A DNA stretch of 63,316 bases, counting the filler, from Collodictyon triciliatum (lineage: Eukaryota): assembly GCA_043381765.1 (NCBI GenBank). It is 8 parts of 8 records of this genome, joined end to end, with 100 filler letters (N's around TTAATTAATTAA, not from the genome) between each part and the next. Parts side by side here need not be neighbours in the genome. Positions count along the whole stretch, not along the records: positions 56,490 to 58,962 come from JBHJMP010003667.1; positions 59,063 to 63,316 come from JBHJMP010003689.1; 6 more parts are not named here. One strand, written 5' to 3'. Shown here piece after piece: positions 58,787 to 63,316 of this stretch. The first letter of the stretch is position 1, and each line of letters begins with the position of its first letter. The notes below the pieces were generated by a model. That model had not been told where the DNA came from. It did not search any database and saw only the letters and a program-made list of their open reading frames with translations. A program made the translations under genes and the position numbers.

Positions 58787-59062
58787 ATCTATGTCTCGAA
58801 GAGCTGCGGCTAAGAATAGTTTTTATAGAATTTTTTAAATGAAGAATTAAGCGGATGGAACATAATCTAAATTGATTTATTGATGTATGAAAATGGCTTC
58901 TTTTTTTTTTTTTTTTTTTTTTTGGTTATTTTTGGTTTTTTTGTATTTTATTTATTTCTTTTNNNNNNNNNNNNNNNNNNNNNNNNNNNNNNNNNNNNNN
59001 NNNNNNTTAATTAATTAANNNNNNNNNNNNNNNNNNNNNNNNNNNNNNNNNNNNNNNNNNNN

Positions 59063-59161
59063 TATATTTATATTTATATTTATATTTATATTTATATTTA
59101 TATTTATATTTATATTTATATTTATATTTATATTTATATTTATATTTATATTTATATTTAT
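59063..59161. repeat. (TATATT)n microsatellite at a contig end
   Basis: Seen directly. Confidence 0.95.
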
Positions 59162-59261
59162 TTGCCCATAGTTCAGTTGATGCAAACTTTTAATTATTTC
59201 GAGAGTGGCACATAGTTGTCATGTGAATATGAAAGGGTTAAAAGATCAAATCCTTGCAGAC

Positions 59262-59417
59262 TTCTGACTTCCCATGCGAGTCTGGAGCGTGAAACGAAAT
59301 CAACGTCGCCCCAAGATTAAGAAAAGAGGCCGTGAATAGCCCGTCCTCTGTCTTGAGATCGATGCGGTCCACGGCTTTGCCTTGGAAGGCCCCGAATCCA
59401 GACACAGCCGACTTCAT
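59262..59417 (-). CDS. Aldose 1-epimerase (galactose mutarotase) first exon; remainder lost at the contig end
   Basis: 52 codons, MKSAVSGFGAFQGKAVDRIDLKTEDGLFTASFLNLGATLISFHAPDSHGKSE, followed by a GT donor. It matches the GalM N-terminal pattern (FG..G..V, GATL.S..PD..G). This exon is absent from the supplied ORF track. Confidence 0.75.
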
Positions 59418-60072
59418 CCAAACAATCTGTCTACTTTGCTATCTGGCAGCGGCTTTTTAGTATATACTGCAACAGAGGCTTCCCCGAAACAGAGACGCAA
59501 GTCAAGTGGCAAGGATTCTCGTTCGGAAGGAGATCGCGCTCGACTGCTGCCAAACATCAGTCGCCCAAACATCAAGCGGGATTGGCTGCCGATTCGATGA
59601 CAGGTGACGTTTTGAATTTTGGTTCTTAATTAAAGCCACTTTATATTCCCTTTGTTTGCTTTTGTATTCCCTTTTTCTTTTCCTCTTTCCTTTTGAAACA
59701 ATAATAAACATATTCAATGCGTGTATCATATAGAATTTGCTGGTCTGTGATATCGAAGCGATGATTGGTCGGGATGTTTTCTTTTTCTTTTTCTTTTTCT
59801 TTTATATATTTTGAAGCATCGTGGTGGGTTGTATATAATCTCGGTTCTGGGATCGAATGAAAGTGAGATAGTAGAGGCAGAAAACCAAATGATAACCTGA
59901 CAACATTGTCCCATCAACATGGTTATAGTATCGATTATAACATCTTTTTCTTTGTCTAAAATAAAGATTTAGTTCGTTAGCCCTTTATCATCAACCGACT
60001 TTGGCCAATTCTACGGGCCTGGATTAAAGAAAGAAGCATGGTGCGATGGTTGCGGTGCGGCGCTCATTTTGC

Positions 60073-63000
60073 CTATTGAGACGGGTCACTTCCCTTGATT
60101 CCATCGGTAAAGGAACGCGGCTCTGATAGAAAGGTATCAGACTGAGTAGAATTCACCAGAACAACCACGTCTGGCAATGAAGAGGGACCGCTTGGGGTTG
60201 GTGGCGGGCGCTCTTTCACTTTTTTCTTCCGTGGGGTTGAAGACTTGACAGGATCTAACAGGTCTAAAACAGATTGGGTGAACGGTGCCTGCGGAGAAGA
60301 AAAAAAAAAAAAAGAAGAAAAGACGATAAAAAAAAAATTAAAATATTCTTCTGACATATTACGGGGTCTCTTTCGCGGTCCCACATCCATTCTAAATGGA
60401 TAGTAATGAGAAATGATATATGGCTTTACAAGAAATAATCAAGGATGTAGTAAATTCACAACATGAGCCAATATTATAAAGTTCTTTTTTAAAAAAATGG
60501 AAAGAAGAAAAAAAAGCCTGACTGAGTTATCTATGGGCGTGACGGTTTGTTTTGCGAAGGCAAAGTAAGGCATGGATGCTACGTCTTGTAGAGAGCGTAA
60601 CCGATTTGATTTTTTCGGCAGAAGGATATTTTCTATGATCTATTGTTCAATGCACATGCTCATAAGTAATCAGCGGCTTGGCCATCTCCTGTATGTGCCA
60701 CAGTATATTTGTTTGGCTTAAGTTTCATTCATGGTTGTTTCAAGACACTTTTTTTATACCTCGATAGCATTTGTATTCTTGCACTCAGGAAAATATATTT
60801 GATTCTTTTTAACATACTGGAGGGGGAGTGCCACAACCATCTCATATAAAACATATGCGAATGATATCACTGTTATATCTGTTTCAGGGCCTTTACGAGA
60901 ATAGTGCTTGTTTAAGTGATGCGAAAGTATGATGTAATACACAAGTCCAACATATATGTATAGAATAAATGGAGGTTACATGAAAATGCAATATAGGTAA
61001 ACCTAAATTTCTAGACGCTTCCAATATATCTGAACTTGGTGTGTATCCAATAACATCAAGTTCATAATCAGTTATTCTACCCAGCGCATATAAAGTGTGA
61101 ACAAAACGCATTTAATATACAAGCATATTCAGAGCATAGATTATAATGATATTTTTAAATGAGTGAAAACCTAATGTGGTATTCATCGACAAGCACATTT
61201 CCTGAGTGTAAGGAGGCAAAAGAAATTCCTTTCGATTTTAAAAAAACCATAGCCTTCGGGTACAAAATTTAAGTTAGCGTTCGAATTGTCAAGAAAATAT
61301 GGCTATATATTGGCGCGAGTAACTTAAGAAAAAATCAGTCTTCATAAATTGTTTGAAATGCATTTTACATCCAAAATTTGCCGCCCCCATGTCGATACCA
61401 ATTCGATTGGCAAGGGTCTTCCATTTCGATATTTCTTTGATGAAGGCTCCAAAGGGTTGGCCTGTTATGTTTAGAATACAGAGTTAAAATGGTTTTCCCC
61501 GTTATTCGACTCAAAGAAATATACCGTTAAATACTTTTAGTACTAATAAATCAATTGTTCTAAATAGAAGCCCTTTTTTTCCAGTTATAAATCTGATAGC
61601 TGAAATTCTTATCCGATTTGCTTAAAAGTTATATTTTTCTGTGATTTTCCAAAATAGAAGAAAAGGATAATGGCATTGAAATATATAATTAAATAGAATA
61701 TGCTGAATACCTGATAAATAACGTCTCGGACACTTCCATGTTTGATGAATGGTCGAAATGCAACTACTACGTTTCTCTCTCGAATATAATCAAACTCGAT
61801 TGCAGGGCACAAATATGTGTGCTAATATATAAAATAAAATAATAATTTTTGTAATAACTTTCTTTGAATCGAATAAAGAGGAAAAAAATTTGTAATAACT
61901 TTGATCGCGGAAATATAGGACATGCACAGATGTAAGAAAAAATTAAATTATTTCTTTGATACATTATATATCAAAATGGCATTAAGAAAATACTTTAATT
62001 CCTTCAAATAGTGAACATAGACTTTTCCTGACAGATTCATTACTTAACGGCAAATTACAATTGGTACCTTTTGGTGTCTTTACGGGGAAAATATTCATTT
62101 TTTAATAAACAATAAGAAAAATCGTAGTAAATTATCATTTTGAGCGTGTTGAATATTCATTTAAAAAATTTTATGAAAAGATTTTCTTATTATTTAGTAC
62201 CATAATCATTAAGTGATAGGCATTGGTGCGATCTTCTTTCACAGAGTAGTATGTTTTATTCGAGCGAGTTCCTATTCATTTATCAGTCAACTAACCGTTT
62301 AAAGGGAAGAGTCTAACTTGGATAGGTCACCCAGAAAATCTTCTGTATTTAACACGTAGGATCAGAGAGAATATGTAATAGATGAAGAGGTTGACGATAT
62401 GTATCACCTATTTCATTATGGAGCTTGTGTAATTGGATGGACACCCTCGAGCGTAGATAAAGTCGAGCTTTGGCGAGAAGTTGCCCTACACAACACACGA
62501 AACAAGAAAAGAACATGAAAATGAAAATGAACAATATGGATAAAAGAGCAAAAGAAGCAAAAAAAAAAAAAGAAGTAACAATAACAGTATTAAACAGAAA
62601 GTCATGTCATAAATCAATAGCATGATACAATCTCAAAATCTCTGTAATTAATCATTACGCCAAGAAAATCATCACTTGTGTAACAGAATAAAAATTACTT
62701 TCGTCAGGTATGTCTTGCTCTGTAGGAGGCTTCACGTTAGCACTCAAAATAAGCTGCTCATCCGACGCAATTGATACGTAAAGAGTTGCACTATGCAATA
62801 ATTAATTTTCTTTATTATTCATTTCAGGTCGTGTATAATTGTGGATTTTCAAGATTATTGCATAGCTGGGTACAAAAGCAATAAAAACCATAGAAATAAT
62901 AGAAATAACGATAATCATAATAGTGGAAACATTAGATCATATTAATTAAATAAAATTCCTGAAGAGAAGAAGAGTGCTTCATGAGGTTATACATTTTTTT

Positions 63001-63202
63001 TAAAAAAAAAAAAGGAGAAGAAATGGTCAATACTGAGAAAAAGCCTATTTTTTTTCTCTTAACATGTTAAATGCATTCAACCGGAGAAATTAAGTATATG
63101 CCACATAGCTGACCTTGACCTTTGTTGACCCCTCCGGCGCAAACAATAAATACATATCAGAGCAGATGCCAAGGCACCTCCCCCAACCACTGGACCAAGG
63201 AA
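60073..63202 (-). CDS. SLOB/PXK-like pseudokinase preceded by a transmembrane segment (5' end outside window)
   Basis: Spliced: FLGPVVGGGALASALICIYCLRRR...ARLYLRS...HTYLCP...RPFIKHGSVRDVIYQANP...GRQILDAMVFL...LHSGNVL...RITDYE...VISFAYVLYEM, then a Pro-rich tail. Confidence 0.8.
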
Positions 63203-63280
63203 CTAGCACAGGTAAGTTAGTAAGAAAGTAAATTGATAGTTGATAATTGATAATATCAAAAGTAAAGAAATAATGAGGTG

Positions 63281-63314
<34 letters not shown>

Positions 63315-63316
63315 AA

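Overview
This is AT-rich, intron-dense, microsatellite-laden DNA from a eukaryotic microbe (protist-like; species not identifiable from sequence alone). It is not one continuous locus. Seven N-TTAATTAATTAA-N stop-codon linkers join eight separately assembled contigs, mostly about 8.08 kb, and many genes are cut at contig ends. Hand-splicing GT/GC-AG introns gives: an orphan membrane/coiled-coil gene, a mitochondrial carnitine/acylcarnitine carrier, a betaine/aminoaldehyde dehydrogenase, a TLC-domain protein, cytosolic asparaginyl-tRNA synthetase, a PH-domain protein, a Furry/Mor2-like fragment, a SMAP-domain 3' end, a low-complexity protein, a type I DnaJ, an LRR plus ADP-ribosylglycohydrolase fusion, an alpha/beta hydrolase, a CCDC17-like gene, an intronless kinase with two SAM-like repeats, the first exon of an aldose 1-epimerase, and a transmembrane SLOB/PXK-like pseudokinase. 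There are also two decayed L1/Tx1-like retrotransposon fragments. The three leads most worth following are: (1) the LRR-ARH fusion, a candidate sensor-linked ADP-ribose eraser; (2) the AsnRS gene, intact except for a tight cluster of two in-frame TGAs (one at the invariant motif-2 Arg) and a frameshift; (3) the intronless non-RD kinase-SAM-SAM gene next to a LINE remnant. All family calls rest on motifs recognised by eye; no searches were run.
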